Source: Octopus vulgaris (taxonomy: Eukaryota). From it: DNA of 64,000 nucleotides. Shown here one piece after another: positions 1-13,711 of the stretch (positions are counted from its first letter, which is position 1; the number at the start of each line of letters is the position of its first letter). Below the pieces are notes generated by a model that was not told the DNA's origin, searched no databases, and worked only from the letters and a program-made list of their open reading frames with translations. Position numbers and translations under genes: made by a program. The DNA lies in the NCBI GenBank assembly GCA_951406725.2, contig OX597821.1, positions 41,478,001-41,542,000 on the forward strand, given 5' to 3'.

Positions 1-396
1 TTTTATTTACTGCATTTGAACTCATTTAATTTCATGCCATGATGGAAACGACAACACCAATAGATAATGCTGTATGTGTATGGGGGAGGTGTATGTGGAT
101 GTGGGGAGGGGCATGCATGTGTGTCTTTGTGCATATATGTGTGTATTCATATGCATGTGTGTGCATGTGTGTATGAAAGTAATTTAAGAAAATGGCAAAA
201 AAAAAAAGAAAAAAATGCTTCTATACAATTTTTCAAGGCAAACTATTTTATTAAATGTAATAGAAATAATCAACAGAAAGCAGCCCATTGTTAATAACTA
301 GTTTAAATTGGTCTACATATACAAAATTTCATGAAAAATAATTCTATATCTTGCAAATTATTGGATGCTACGCATTGACAAACCAACTAAAAAAAA

Positions 397-589
397 ATGA
401 ATAATAACAACAACAATAATAATAACAATGACGATGATGAAAATAATAATAATAATAACAACAACAACAACAACAACAACAATAATAATAATAACAAGGA
501 CGATGATGATGATAATAATAATAATAATAATAATGATAATAATAATAATAGTAATAATGATAATGATAATAATTATAATGATGATGATG

Positions 590-632
<43 letters not shown>

Positions 633-641
633 TAATAATAG

Positions 642-725
<84 letters not shown>

Positions 726-731
726 CAACAA
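397..731. repeat. (AAT/AAC/GAT)n compound microsatellite
   Basis: Direct reading; explains the poly-N and poly-I ORFs. Confidence 0.95.
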
Positions 732-1002
732 CACAGTTTTCATTTATTCAATATTTCTATAGAAAATAACTTGGCTGTATGATATTACAGCATAAAAAAA
801 ACGAAATATGTTGTGGCTAGCCAAGCAGAGAGAAAGTGTTGCTTATGTGTTATATCAGCCATAATGTATGGATTCAACAAATCAAATAATTAAATTAAAT
901 TAACGGTTGAATTGTTTCCAGTTTTTCTATCTACACGTGATGAAAACCACCACATCACCATGCTGCTCAATATATTCTATGTATCTAGTGTTTATATGGC
1001 TT

Positions 1003-1155
1003 AGGTGTGGCTGTGTGGTCAAGAATCTTGCTTCACAACCATGTGGTGTTTGGTTCAATTCCACTGCACAGCACCATGGACAAGTATTGTTTACTATAGC
1101 CCTGAACCAATCAAGGCATCATGAGTAGATTCGGTAAAAGAGGAAAACAGAAAGT
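1003..1155 (+). mobile_element. Degenerate 5' part of SINE family A
   Basis: ggtgtggctgtgtggtcaagaatcttgcttcacaaccatgtgg... aligns by eye to the full copy at 35192-35610. Confidence 0.75.
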
Positions 1156-1216
1156 AACTTGTTGTGTATTTCTCTCTGTGTGTGTGTGTATGTATGTATG
1201 TGCATGTATATATCTA

Positions 1217-1585
1217 TACATGCAGTGTCTGTGCAAGACCCTGCCTCAGTAAAGCTGGACTCAAGAGTCATCTTCATAGTCATAAAGCGAGACAGTTGAG
1301 TGACAACCTGGCCACTGGTGGTGGTGATACACAACATACTAATCATATCTGTCAGGCATGTGGAAGAGAGTGTAATTCAGCAGGAGGACTTAAATGACAT
1401 GCAAAGGTACATGAAGCCCAGTTACAACTACAGCCAGCTACTGCCGGTAAAGGTTTTAGCTGCCAATTCTGTACAAGACATTGTAGATCTTTACCTGGGC
1501 TAAAAAGTCACATTCGATCACAAAAACCAATAACAGTTAAGCTTCATGCAATGGCCATACTCGATAACGAGGGGGCAGCCATCAT
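1217..1585 (+). mobile_element. 3' end of a probable RTE-clade LINE with three C2H2-type zinc fingers (pseudogenic)
   Basis: One frame reads CSVCARPCLSKAGLKSHLHSH ... CQACGRECNSAGGLK*HAKVH ... CQFCTRHCRSLPGLKSHIRSQ. It is followed by a ctcg-ataa-cgag stem-loop and gccatcat, resembling RTE 3' ends. Confidence 0.65.
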
Positions 1586-1634
1586 ATGTACATAAATATG
1601 TGTATGTATACATACATATACATACATATATGTA

Positions 1635-1870
1635 AATGAGGTGGTAGCAAAAAGTTCCTGGACTAGTTATGTTTGGTAAAAAATAACTTATTTACCAAAG
1701 TTTCAACATCATCTCCTTTGAAATAGTTTAGTAATTCTAAGATTAAGAATTCTATACACCAATGTAAAATTTCTTGTGGTACCGATGTCTATTTCTGCAT
1801 TGGTGCATCCTCTTCCCAGTTATCAAAGAGAATTTCCAATCATTATTCTTCATTTAGGGATAGCAGTAAA
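1635..1870 (+). mobile_element. Possible degenerate Tc1/mariner-type terminal remnant
   Basis: atgaggtggtagcaaaaagttcctggact resembles mariner-like TIR starts; no matching second TIR seen. Confidence 0.3.
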
Positions 1871-2759
1871 CGTTATAGCACAGGGCTAAGTAAATTAGTT
1901 TGGTATCTTAAATTCAACAATAAGGATTTTAAGTTAGATTGGTTCATCCTGTCCATCTCTTTCTCTTATGACAAGGGCAAAGGATTTTGTAACATTTGCA
2001 ACTCTGAACTCTTCCTTATTCTCTTCTCTAAGAATCACCTTGTTAACACACTTATAGAGCGATCTTACAAATGTAAGCACTAGCAGAAACATACCTTTAG
2101 CTCATATAAGTGAAAGGATTTCATCTATTTATTTCTGTTGTCCATTTACGACGGTGATTCAGTTGACTAGGAAAACTATACGTGATGAATATCCAATACC
2201 AAACTATCTTAATCTACATATTGAAACTGCATTAAACTTTTGCAAACTTACCTTTACCTATTCTGAGTTACTTGAAGGGTGATGTTCCCTTCCCTCTCTT
2301 CTGGTTGTTGATACCTTTTTTTCTTTTACCTTTGAAACCATTGTTTCACTTTAAGGATGCTTCTTTACCCAGCCATTATGATATTTCGACTGCTGTCCAT
2401 TGTTTCAAATAGGTAATGGTGAAATGTCAACACTATCACAATGATGTATTCAGAGTTACTTCCCTTAGTATTAAATCACAAAATTTTTGCCTTCAAAAGA
2501 TATGTTGGTGATGAAAGCCTGGAATCACAGATTTTTACTAATAATAACGTCTGAGCATCATTTCAGTTTGAATTACTTCAAGGTTTCACTTAATGGCCAC
2601 TGCTTAATATGTGGAACCCTTTTATTTTGGGTTTTTGTAAAAGTAAGGGTCCTTGAGACTGAAATATTATTACAGAAAAGCAATGTTGAGAAGCTCAGCA
2701 ACCAACGCATTGTAAGTGGATAGAAATTGTGTGGAAGCCTGTTGCATGTGCATGTGTGA

Positions 2760-3215
2760 TCCTCCCTACCACCACCTGGCAATCGGTGTTGGGTTGTTTG
2801 CATCCCATAACTTAGCAGCTCAGTAATAGAGACAGATAGAATCAGTACAAGACTTATAAAAAAATTGGCTTCTGTGCCGGTGGCACGTAAAAAGGACCAA
2901 ACGATCATGGCCACTGCCAACCTCCCCTGGCACCTTTGCTGGTGGCATGTAAAAAGTACCCACTACACTCATGGAGTGGTTGGCATTAGGAAGGGCCTCC
3001 AGCTGTAGAAACACTACCAGATCAGACTGGAGCCTGGTGCAGCCTCCTGGCTTCCCAGACCCCGGTCGAACTGTCCAACCCGTGTAAGCACGGAAAACGC
3101 ACGTTAAACGATGATGATGATGAACGACTGGGTTTGATTTGTTCAACTAAACTCCTTTAAGATAATGCCCCAGCATGGCCACAGACCAATGACTGAAACA
3201 AGTAAAAGATAAAAG
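2760..3215 (+). mobile_element. 3' half of SINE A interrupted by a family D retroposon
   Basis: SINE A sequence stops near 2865 and resumes near 3127 (ctgggtttgatttgttcaactaa...gactgaaacaagtaaaag). Confidence 0.75.
2866..3123 (+). mobile_element. Family D retroposon (RTE-like tail ending in (GAT)n)
   Basis: ggtggcacgtaaaaag subrepeats, ggcattaggaagggc..cagctgtagaaac, and tail ccaaccc...cgttaaacgatgatgatgat; homologs at 21630-22145 and 43218-43435. Confidence 0.8.
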
Positions 3216-3796
3216 GTATAATTGTTGGAAAGGACTTGTGTGACCCATCAATAAAACAGTTGTGGATTGAATGAAAGCTTTATTTCGCAACTGCTATTTT
3301 CACAAAGCCAGGTATGTAAAGTGTTAATGTTACACATGAACTTACTTTAGATTTTATTGGCTATTTCTCAAAGTAGACAGAAAGGTGAGTTATTTAAGTA
3401 GATGCTATTGAAAATAAAAATTAACATGAGCACAATACTATACAGTCAATAACTCTATGGTTATTGAACACCACAAATGTAGTTTCAGTATAACCTTCTC
3501 TGTAGCAGCTGCAAAGTTCCAGAATAGTTGAAGTATTTTTAACCAAATAACTTGTTCAAACAATAAATTCTATACAATGATCACAGACAAATAATGGTTT
3601 CTGTTGTCCAGGCTGCATGTCGTGTTTTCTCTGACAAAACGTGGTGTGTACACAATAAGGATATCACTGTAATTTATCTCATTATTTTATTGTGTCTAAT
3701 AAGGTCGAAAAGAAAAGTTGAATCCAGTAAAAATGGCAAACAGATCAGGAAGGTACCAAGTTAGTTGTGGGAAGGCATCTAGTCCAGTAATGCCTC

Positions 3797-4168
3797 TTAC
3801 TCTTTTTACTCTTTTACTTGTTTCAGTCATTTGATTGCGGCCATACTGGAGCACCGCCTTTAGTCGAGGAAATCACCCCACCAGGACTTATTCTTTGTAA
3901 GCCTAGTACTTATTCTATCGGTCACTTTTGCCGAACCGCTAAGTTACAGTGACGTAAACACACCAGCGTCGGTTGTCAAGCGATGTTGGGGGGACAAACA
4001 CAGACACACAAACACACACACACATATATATACATATATACGATGTGCTTCTTTCAGTTTCCATCTAACAAATCCACTCACAAGGCTTTGGTCGGCCCGA
4101 GGCTATAGTAAAAGACACTTGCCCAAGGTGCCACGCAGTGGGACTGAACCTGGAACCATGTGGTTGGT
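3797..4168 (-). mobile_element. SINE family A (tRNA-derived, internal TA/TG tract, (GTAAAAGA)n tail)
   Basis: Reverse complement of the copies at 35192-35610 and 60705-61108. Confidence 0.9.
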
Positions 4169-4320
4169 TTTTTTTTTGGGTTTTTTTTTTTTGTTTTGCA
4201 AAGCCAGTTCATTCATAAATATCAAATATTTGACGGTCAGCCAGTTTCATGCAACAGCTATGCCTTCTTCTATCAAACAGTTGTTTCCACAGTTTGATGA
4301 CGAAACAGAGGTAGGAGTCA

Positions 4321-4365
<45 letters not shown>

Positions 4366-4511
4366 TGTGTGAGTAGAAGCATATTTCTATGTCTCCTGGT
4401 CTGGACACTCATTTTGAATCTCAGCAAATTGCTTACAACCAGTGCCAACACGGAATAGTGAACGCAAAACAATGACGATGATGATGATTTCTTCATGAGT
4501 AGTGTGCAAGG

Positions 4512-4830
4512 ATAACTGGCATCCACCAGTTTCAATGATGAGGCTTCCAGTTAATCTGATCAATGGAACAGACTGCTCATGAAATTAACATGCTAGTGGC
4601 TGAGTACTCCACAGACACGTGTATCCTTGATGTAGTTCTCAGGCACATTCAGCATGACACAGTATGTGAAAAGGTTGGCCCTTTAGAATTACAGGTGCAA
4701 TTCATTTTTGCCAGCTGAGTGGACTGAGGCAAAGTGAAATAAAGCATCTTACTCAGAGTGCTGCTGGGAATTGAACTCACAACCTCACGATTGTAAGCCA
4801 AACACCCTAACCACTATGCCACATGCCTTC
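4512..4830 (-). mobile_element. SINE family C (tRNA head + cagtccactcagctgg core, tail type 2)
   Basis: Reverse complement has an A-box tggcatagtggtt, a B-box gttcaattccc, and homology to 14141-14460. Confidence 0.8.
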
Positions 4831-4863
4831 ACAGGGTGCAAGACTAGATTGACATTAATTATA

Positions 4864-5097
4864 TATTTCTTTTACTACCCACAAGGGGCTAAACATAGAG
4901 GAGACAAACAAGGACAGACAAACGGATTAAGTCGATTACATCGATCCCAGTGTGTAACTAGTACTTAATTTATTGACCCCGAAAGGATGAAAGACAAAGT
5001 CGGCCTCAGCGGAATTTGAACTCAGAACATAACAGTAGATGAAATACAGCTACGCATTTCACCCGGCGTGCTAACGTTTCTACCAGCTCACCGCCTT
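4864..5097 (-). mobile_element. SINE family B (tRNA-like head, gcctttcatcctttcggggtcgataaa core)
   Basis: Homologous to 51638-51870; TSD tgaca(t/a)taattata at 4850-4863 and 5103-5116. Confidence 0.9.
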
Positions 5098-6514
5098 AAA
5101 AGTGACAATAATTATAGTAATTTAAAAGCTGCTCAATTTCTAATTTGTTCTTTACTATGTTAATACTTATGGAGTTAACCAGTTAATGACTGTTGCGATA
5201 TTGAATTTAAAATATTAGCAAAATATTATGTAAACGAGGGTGTGAATCAATTTTAATTTACACCAGTAAATTATAATTTATAGAAATAATCCCAGTAAAA
5301 ATGCAAGACACCTTTACAAAAAAATCACATCATATTTTTCTTTGTTTGTCAATGTAAATAATGACATACAACTCTGAAAACATGAATACACTTTCAGGAA
5401 ATGATGTCATATTCACGAGATATGAATGTTAATTAGTTTGTGAGTCTTTGAAACATCAGTTAATATCATTACGTGAGAATGGAAGCAGAAGGAATTTACA
5501 CTTGTTTGAAAATAAGTTAATTCCCTCAAAGAACTTCACTTCCTTTTGCACTTTTTGCAATATGGAAAGTTATATATATTTAACCAAATTCTGAAGAGCA
5601 GATTTCAAATTCAAATTCTGAAGAGTGGATTTGATATTATGAAAGTAATTTGTTTATCAAAGATACATACAACATTACTATGAATCACAAACTGAGTAAT
5701 GGGCTGTGTGTGTGTGTGTGGTGGTGGTGGGGGGGGGCAGAATGTCAAAGAATAGACCCGTGATTCCTCTGCATGTCGTAAAAGATGAATAGAAGAAGTT
5801 GGGAAAGGATTTACACTGCAACCTCGTAAAACCCTCACTAGTAACAACAAATACATGGGTTAAAGGGCTGTCACCCAACAGGTGCAAAGGTGTCATCCAC
5901 CAGGGTTTGTAGGGTATCAACAGCAAATGGTGGATGCACTGTTACAGTGCTTGCCTTCATGCTACTACTACTATTACTACAAGCTGAGTATTCATGGAAT
6001 GGAATTTAAAAAATCATGAATAAATGAAGCAACCACCAGCATTCTCATCATCATCATCATCTTTGATGTTGTCATCATAATTTTAAATGTCCACTTTTCC
6101 ATGTATGCATGGGTAAGATGGAGTTATTGAGACATGAATTTTCTATAGCAAGATGCCCTTTGTGTTGCCAAGGTTCTAGGTAAATGCCACCTCAGTAAAT
6201 TCCACCAGGTAAATTCACCATTGGTAAATTCCACCAGGTAAATTTCACCATAGGTAAATTCCACCAGGTAAATTTCACCATAGGTAAATTCTACCTCGGT
6301 AAATTCCACCAGGTAAATTTCACCAGGTAAATTTCACCATTGGTAAATTCCACCAGGTAAATTTCACCATAGGTAAATTATACCTCAGTAAATTCCACCA
6401 GGTAAATTTCACCAGGTAAAGTTCACCATTGGTAAATTCCACCAGGTAAATTCCACCAGGTAAATTCTACGAGGGAAATTCCACCACGATATATTCCACC
6501 TTCCACCCTTGGAC

Positions 6515-7380
6515 AGATGTTATTCCAATTCCAATTATTATTGTTTCCTTTCTTTCATGGTCAAATATTGTAAAATCGGGTTTATTGTTTTCTATATGGT
6601 TTGGTGTTATTACTGAGCTATCTACTAAAATCTTAACCTTTCCCCTTGTTGTTACCTTTTCTATTTGCACATTTCTGATTTTCTGGGGTCTTTTGGTATG
6701 TTATATTGCTGTAGTAAACACTTCATTTCATGGCTTTAAAGGGTGCAGTGGAGGCACATGGCTTAGTGGTTAGGGTGTCCCGATCATGATCGTAAGATTG
6801 TGGTTTCGATTCCTAGACCAGGCGACACGTTGTGTTCTTGAGCAAAATACTTCATTTCACGTTGCTCCAGTCCACTCAGCTGGCAAAAATGAGTAACACT
6901 GTGATGGACTGGCATCCCGTCAAACTGGGGAACACATACACCATTGAAACCGGGAAACCGGGCCCATGAGCCTGGCTAGGCTTTAAAAGGGCGCAGAAGA
7001 AGAAGAAGATATTGCTGTAGTAGGTTCGCAAAGATTATCTTTTTTATCTCATGTCTCTCTTTATATTTCGTGTGTGCTATTTTTCCACATTGTAATGCCA
7101 TATGTTTGATATTCCCTTCATTTTTTACAATATCTGCATGCCTTTTTCCTTCCATAGTAGTTGTTTCTGTCTTGTAAATACTGTACAATATTTTTTATCT
7201 CTCATTGAGTATTTGCTTTGTTTTATAAATCCTCATTCAGCTGTTTAAAGTATTCACTGTGTATTTCTTTGTGTGATTGTTCCTTAATTATTTTTTCACC
7301 CTTGTATTTTTTGTATTCATCGATATTACTGATATTATTTTTATGCATTCTTTTATTATTTACATAATATTTTAACCCAT
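6515..7380 (-). mobile_element. Dong/R4-like LINE fragment (zinc-knuckle + RLE region)
   Basis: GNIKHMALQCGKIAHTKYKERH (CCHC region) and VKILVDSSVITPNHIENNKPDFTIFDHERKETIIIGIGIT (PD..D endonuclease-like). Confidence 0.7.
6717..7008 (+). mobile_element. SINE family C, tail type 1, ending (GAA)n
   Basis: A-box tggcttagtggtt, B-box ggtttcgattcc; perfect 14-bp TSD atattgctgtagta at 6703-6716 and 7009-7022. Confidence 0.9.
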
Positions 7381-7383
7381 ATA

Positions 7384-7410
7384 CTAATAATAATAATAAT
7401 AATAATAATA

Positions 7411-7508
<98 letters not shown>
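7384..7508. repeat. (TAA)n/(TGA)n microsatellite
   Basis: Direct reading. Confidence 0.95.
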
Positions 7509-8176
7509 TTCACCGGTGGTGAAATTTATTATGGTGGAATATACTGTGGTGGAATTTACCAGTCCCCATTGCTAATCCTTACCTGTGTGACAGTTATTTG
7601 AAACCTAAGCACTAGCCACTCAGTCAGACTTCACAAGTGAACTACCATAGTTCCATTTGATTGGTCTATAAATCAACCAATCAGCATGAGGCTGATGGTT
7701 CTCTCAATTGTTCTTGAATACAACCTCTTGTCCTCCACAAGAAATGTTTGACAGCCAATGTGTCACCATGGAGACGTGCACAGATGACTTCATATATTTT
7801 TGGACTGACCGCATCTTGTGACACTTAGAACTTTCTATAATTTCAGAACAATTTTTCTCTCTCCTGGTCAGCAATTATTAATATTGCTCATTGTAAATAA
7901 CCAGCACCAAATATCTTTATGTCTGGCAATAAAAATTCAGTTAAATTTTCCATGAATGTGCTTCAGTTATTATACACGCAGCAGCTAATAACCAGCTCTT
8001 CATTGAACTATTCAACTGAAGCTACAGCAAGAACTGGTGACACCTGTTACCAAGCCAGGTAATATTTGCCCCATGGCCAGACATGTCTTGCAGGGAAATT
8101 TTAAAAATTAACAACAACACTTGTATGATGGAGACAAGGATACACAGACACATCCACAACAAACACATGTACTTAC

Positions 8177-8210
<34 letters not shown>

Positions 8211-8211
<1 letters not shown>

Positions 8212-8630
8212 GGCAGGATGAAAGACCACCACCTACCCAAGAGCATCATGTATGGTGAGCTCACCACGGACCCTTGCAACAGGGGAGCACCAAAGAAGCA
8301 TTACAAGAACTGCCTGAAGCAGTACCTTGGCATTTGTGACATTGACTATTGTGATTGGTCTACTCTAACAGCTGACCGAGTTGCTTGGTGCCATACCATC
8401 AGTGATGCTGTTTCCTCCGTTGAGATCTCTCGCAGTGCATCTCTTGAAGACAAAATGTCAGAGGCAAAAAAAAAATAATAATACAGCTGCATCGTCAGAC
8501 TCTGGACAATCATACCTCTGTCATCATTGCAATTGGGTATGTCCATCTTACATCAGCCTTATCAGCCCAAACAAGCATGTAGACAACATGGACAACGGCC
8601 TTCCTAATCTTCATCAGCGAAGCCAAGTCA
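8211..8630 (+). mobile_element. RTE-clade LINE 3' fragment
   Basis: RMKDHHLPKSIMYGELTTDPCNRGAPKKHYKNCLK...WSTLTADRVAW matches the RTE post-RT C-terminal motif; a frameshifted CxxC finger (YLCHHCNWVCPSYISLIS) follows. Confidence 0.9.
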
Positions 8631-9064
8631 AGATGTGTGTGTGTGTGTATGTGTGTAGGTGTACACAAATGTCAGGGTTCTTTCAGTTTCTGTTTTCCAA
8701 ATCCACGCAGGAATCTTTCATCAGCCTACAACTACATTGGAAGATACTCACTTCAAGTGCCATGCAGTGGAACTGCGCATGAGACTACATGCTTTGTAGT
8801 GCTGGAAGAGCCTCCCTTCTCAATTTCGTACACTGACCCCTCTCAGGTAATTAATAAAATCCTTTTAGAATATTAGCAGAGTTTGAAAAATATCTTCTGA
8901 GTTGCTCGAATCAAAGAACAACTTGTTCAGTAGACTTGTTGGTTTGGATAAATTCTGATTGCACAGTGTATTATTTTGTGATAACATCTAGTTTACTCTA
9001 CAGCTTCAGATGATAAATTAATTTAATTAATTTTTGTTGGCTGAAAAATTGAAATTCTTAGCCA

Positions 9065-9098
9065 TAGTAGTAGTAGTAGCAGCAGCATCAGTTCAGTT

Positions 9099-9156
<58 letters not shown>

Positions 9157-9190
9157 GTGGTGGTGGTGGTGGTGGTGGTGGTGGTGGTAG
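9065..9190. repeat. (TAG)n/(TGG)n microsatellite
   Basis: Direct reading. Confidence 0.95.
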
Positions 9191-9688
9191 TCTGGCACTT
9201 TGAGAGGATTCTATGTCTGTATTGACTGCGAAATTGGTGGAAATCCATGTAGAAAAAGTTATTTGTGTCATCAAATAGGAGCTGACTGTTGTTAATGGAG
9301 TTTGTCTCTCGTTTAGCAAAGACAGGAAAACCACAAAACAAAACAAAACAATAATTGCCTAAAGCTGTAGGAAATATGTTTAGTAAAGGACCAACAAGTG
9401 GAGAGAGGCAAAAAACTCTCAGAAACACACGCCCGAGAAGAGAAAATAGTTTGTTTTGGTTGTGTGTGTATTGAAATAGTCATTCGGTTCCCTGAAGACC
9501 CACAGCAATTTCAGGTAACAACAATAGATTTTGTCAGTGAAAGACTGTCGGTGTCCAAGTTTTGATGGAATGGTGTCGCATTCTTTTCTAAAACATGTAG
9601 AGAGAGATTGATTTTGTGGCTGTTGATATTTCAAGGCTATATATATTGATATTATACAAGCAAACATGTACACAAACACAGGTATATC

Positions 9689-9722
<34 letters not shown>

Positions 9723-10071
9723 TGTGTGTGTGTGTGTGTGTACATTAACTAATTCATGCATGCATACAAATACACACAAATAAACTCATGAAAATATCTA
9801 CACACAACCACAGAAGTGCATACACTATATACAAATATATAAAAACAAACATATATATATATATATGTTTATATATATATTTACATATATATATGTGTGT
9901 GTGAGTGTGTGTGTGTGTATGTGTGTGAGTGTGTGTGTGTGTGTATTTGTGTGTGTGTATGTGTGTGTGTGTATGTGTGTGTGTGTATGTGTGTGTGTGT
10001 GTTTATATATATATAATTTTTTGTATTTTGCACATATTTATGTATGTGTATATATATATATATACACACAG

Positions 10072-10117
<46 letters not shown>

Positions 10118-10220
10118 CAAAACATATGCATCATGTATGTATGATGTGTAAATATGTAAATACTCACATACATGCATACATGCATAAATACATACATACA
10201 TACATACATAAACGGATACC
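9689..10220. repeat. (TG)n/(TA)n/(CA)n compound microsatellite region
   Basis: Direct reading. Confidence 0.9.
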
Positions 10221-10859
10221 TGCGAACACAAATAAACTCATGCATATAAAGATGTAAGAAAATCTACATATGTATATATATGCATGTTGAAACCCCAGCT
10301 CGGGTATGCATGCAAAGCATATTCATATTATTATTATAGACGCACACATACATATTCATATAATCACACACTTAATGCTTGCAACACGCATGCACACATT
10401 TATATAAGCATGCACAAAAGCGGATCTATTTGTCTATCTGCCACTCTATCAATCTCTATCAACATCTCTCTATCATTCTTCAGAGGTATCAATCTCTTTT
10501 TTCCTATCTATCTATTCAATTATCTCTCTACCATCTATCTATTTTCTATCCATCAATCTATCTATCTATTTATCTAATTTCTACCTATTTATCTATCTAT
10601 CTATCTATAAACACTCATATGTGTATGAATGTATATATATATATATATATATATAAACACATACCTATATGTAACTATCTGTCTCTCTGTCTATATACAT
10701 CTATCTATGTATTTATCAATTTATGTGTCTCTCTTTCTCTCTCTCCTCTCTCTCTCTCTCTCTCTATCTCTATCTACCTCTCTTTTCATCGACTTATCCG
10801 TCAGTCTATCTGTCTATTTATCTAGCTATTCCTCTATCTCTGTGTGTTTGTCTGTTTGC

Positions 10860-11305
<446 letters not shown>

Positions 11306-11659
11306 CGACCTACCATATCTCCCTATTCAGGGGATTGCTAAACTCTCCATGCAGATCATTCTGCCTCATTAACTGATCCTGTACAACAGCCCCTACTTTG
11401 TTCTCCTTCCTTTAAGTGAAGTTTTCAACATATTGTGTGTAATTGAGTCACGGCCGTTTGTGGTGGCACTGATCATATACGGGGAGAGCAATTTTCACTG
11501 CAATGCTTGTTGAATTCCAGAACACGGCAGCATACACTTTCGAACCTCACAAACACATCCGCACGCAGCTTCCCAAATGGAAATACAAATTTAAAATCAC
11601 ACACATTTGCATATATAATACCGTGATGACATGCACAAATATGTGCGCGCATTAAGAGT

Positions 11660-12186
11660 GCATATGTGCTTGCATATATATGTGTGTGAGTGTATGCATG
11701 GTATGTGTGTGTTTGTGTGTGTATGCATGGTGTGTGTGTGTGTCTGTGTGTATCCATGGTGTGTGTGTGTGCGTGTGTGTATGCATGGTGTGTATGTGTT
11801 TGTGTGTGTGTATATTTTTGTATGTGTATGCATGATGTGTGTGTGTTTGTGAGTGTGTGTGTATGCATGGTGTGTGTTGTGTGTGTGTGTGTGCATTTGT
11901 GTGTGTATGCATGTGTGTGTGTGTGTGTGCATGTGCGTTTTTGTGTGTGTGCATGTGTGTGTTCATGTGCATGCATGTGTGCATGTGTGTGTGTGCATGG
12001 TGCATGTGTTTGTGTGCATGCATGTGTGTGTGAGTGTTTATGTGTATGTGTGTATGCATGGTGTGTGTATGTATTTGTGTGTGTGTGCATGTGTGTATGC
12101 ATGGTGTGTGTGTGTGCTTATCTGCGTGTTTGTATGTGTGTGTGTGTGTGCGTATGTGCATGCATGGTGTGTATGTATGTTTGTCT

Positions 12187-12238
<52 letters not shown>
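11660..12238. repeat. Degenerate (TG)n array with recurring gtatgcatggtgtgtg unit
   Basis: Direct reading. Confidence 0.9.
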
Positions 12239-12371
12239 GAACGTTTGACTTTGTTTTTGCTGTTTCCCATCTATTTCTCCATGCTTGCTTGAGTGAGATA
12301 GATTTTTCTTGGTGCAGTTGTTTTCAAAGATGGATGCCACTTCGACAGTTATCCACCGAGCTGTGATCTAT

Positions 12372-12411
<40 letters not shown>

Positions 12412-13270
12412 CAAACACACACACAATAGAGAAACATACATATATTTATGCATGCAACAATGGAAATTCTTAACCGTGCACGTTCACATTAAGTTAATGG
12501 ATGGCTAGATGCATTGATTAGTGATGGGTGGAGACAGCAGACGTGTACCTTTGCTAGAAGATTCTTCTATCAAACAAAGTCTTTGCTGGTCTCAAGGGCA
12601 ATTACTTTGCTTTCACTGAAGACCTCAAAAGCAGGGGATCACTGATGTGTGATGTAAATAGTGGAACTGGATTTGTGTAACCTGTATAAGTTATCGATGA
12701 GCAGGAGGAAGGAATGGAAGAGGATGTTGGAGGCGAGTATTTGCATTTATTTCCATCAGCTAAAAGTTATTAGATTTTAGTAATTCAACAGTATTTGACT
12801 AAGTTACAGTTTGCACAGTTGACGTTTTGGCGAGGAAGGCATTCTAGAAAGAGAGACTGAAAGGTAGAGACAGTAAGAAAGAGGGAGAGATAGATAGATA
12901 AACCGAGAGAAAGACAAAGAAAGAGAAAGGAAGAGAGAGAGAGAGAGAAAGAGAGAGAAAGAGAAAAAGTTTCACCAAGTGAAGGACCAATCATGTCAGA
13001 AGTATGCATGTCTATAAGATAGTTAGAATGACTTAGACTACTAAAGACCCTAAATGCCTAGTGGCAGCGCCAGGCTCTTGTAGTTGAAGTGTGTGTTTGT
13101 GGTGATTATTGATGTTGTTGTTAGTGGTAGTGATGGTGTGCTTAAGTCTTAGTCAAATAATATTCAACTGACCTGACTTAATATGGCATAACTCAGAATC
13201 ATGTCAAGTTGCTTGTCTGTAAAAACCAAATCCCCTTCAGCTTCTAGCAGTAATAAATAGTAATGCTTAA

Positions 13271-13711
13271 CCCTTTTATTACCATTTTTTTTCGGTTGAA
13301 ACACATTGACTCTGTTTCAATTAATGCTCAAAATAATAACAAATTCTGTAAAATAATTTCATCATTAATAAGCTGGTGTTTGGAAATTAAATTCGTTTCT
13401 GCTCAAAGCACAAGGCCTGAAATTCTGGGGAAATTGTATTGATCCCTGTGTACAACTGATACTTATTTCTTTGACCCTGAAAGAACAAAAGACAAAATCA
13501 ATCTTGGTGGGATTTGAACTCAGAACATAAAGACAGATGAATTGCTGCGAAGAATTTTGTCCAGTGTGCTGGCAATTCTCCCAGCTTGCCGCTTGGTTTG
13601 GAATAAGTTAACATGGAATTTTGATGGAAAGTTTTGACTGAGATCACTGTAGAGAATGAAGTTTATATCAGAAAATGAAATGCAGTCTCAGATGAGTTGG
13701 TATCAAAAGGG
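13271..13711 (+). mobile_element. piggyBac-type MITE interrupted by a degenerate SINE B (about 13395-13595, minus)
   Basis: TTAA|CCCTTT...ttggtatcaaaaggg ends; body homologous to 56717-56930. Confidence 0.7.

Larger units (their letters stand above)
6172..7567. mobile_element. Foldback/MULE-like element with subterminal ~15-bp tandem repeats
   Basis: Left arm (ggtaaattccacca)n at 6172-6500 and inverted right arm ggtggaatttaccagtccc at 7515-7567; G-termini; degenerate TSD gttgccaa (6164-6171) / attgctaa (7568-7575); interrupts a family D-like SINE. Confidence 0.6.

Noticed and set aside
6124-6480. CRISPR-like or coding periodicity (EFTYGEIYLV repeats)
   Set aside because: No unique spacers; this is a tandem subterminal repeat in eukaryotic DNA.
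6750-6820. tRNA gene candidates (also at 14141, 35192, 51638)
   Set aside because: The A/B boxes belong to SINE heads that run into SINE bodies; no complete cloverleaf.
11310-12850. Unique islands between microsatellites as exons or enhancers
   Set aside because: No convincing splice and ORF combination; conservation data would be needed.
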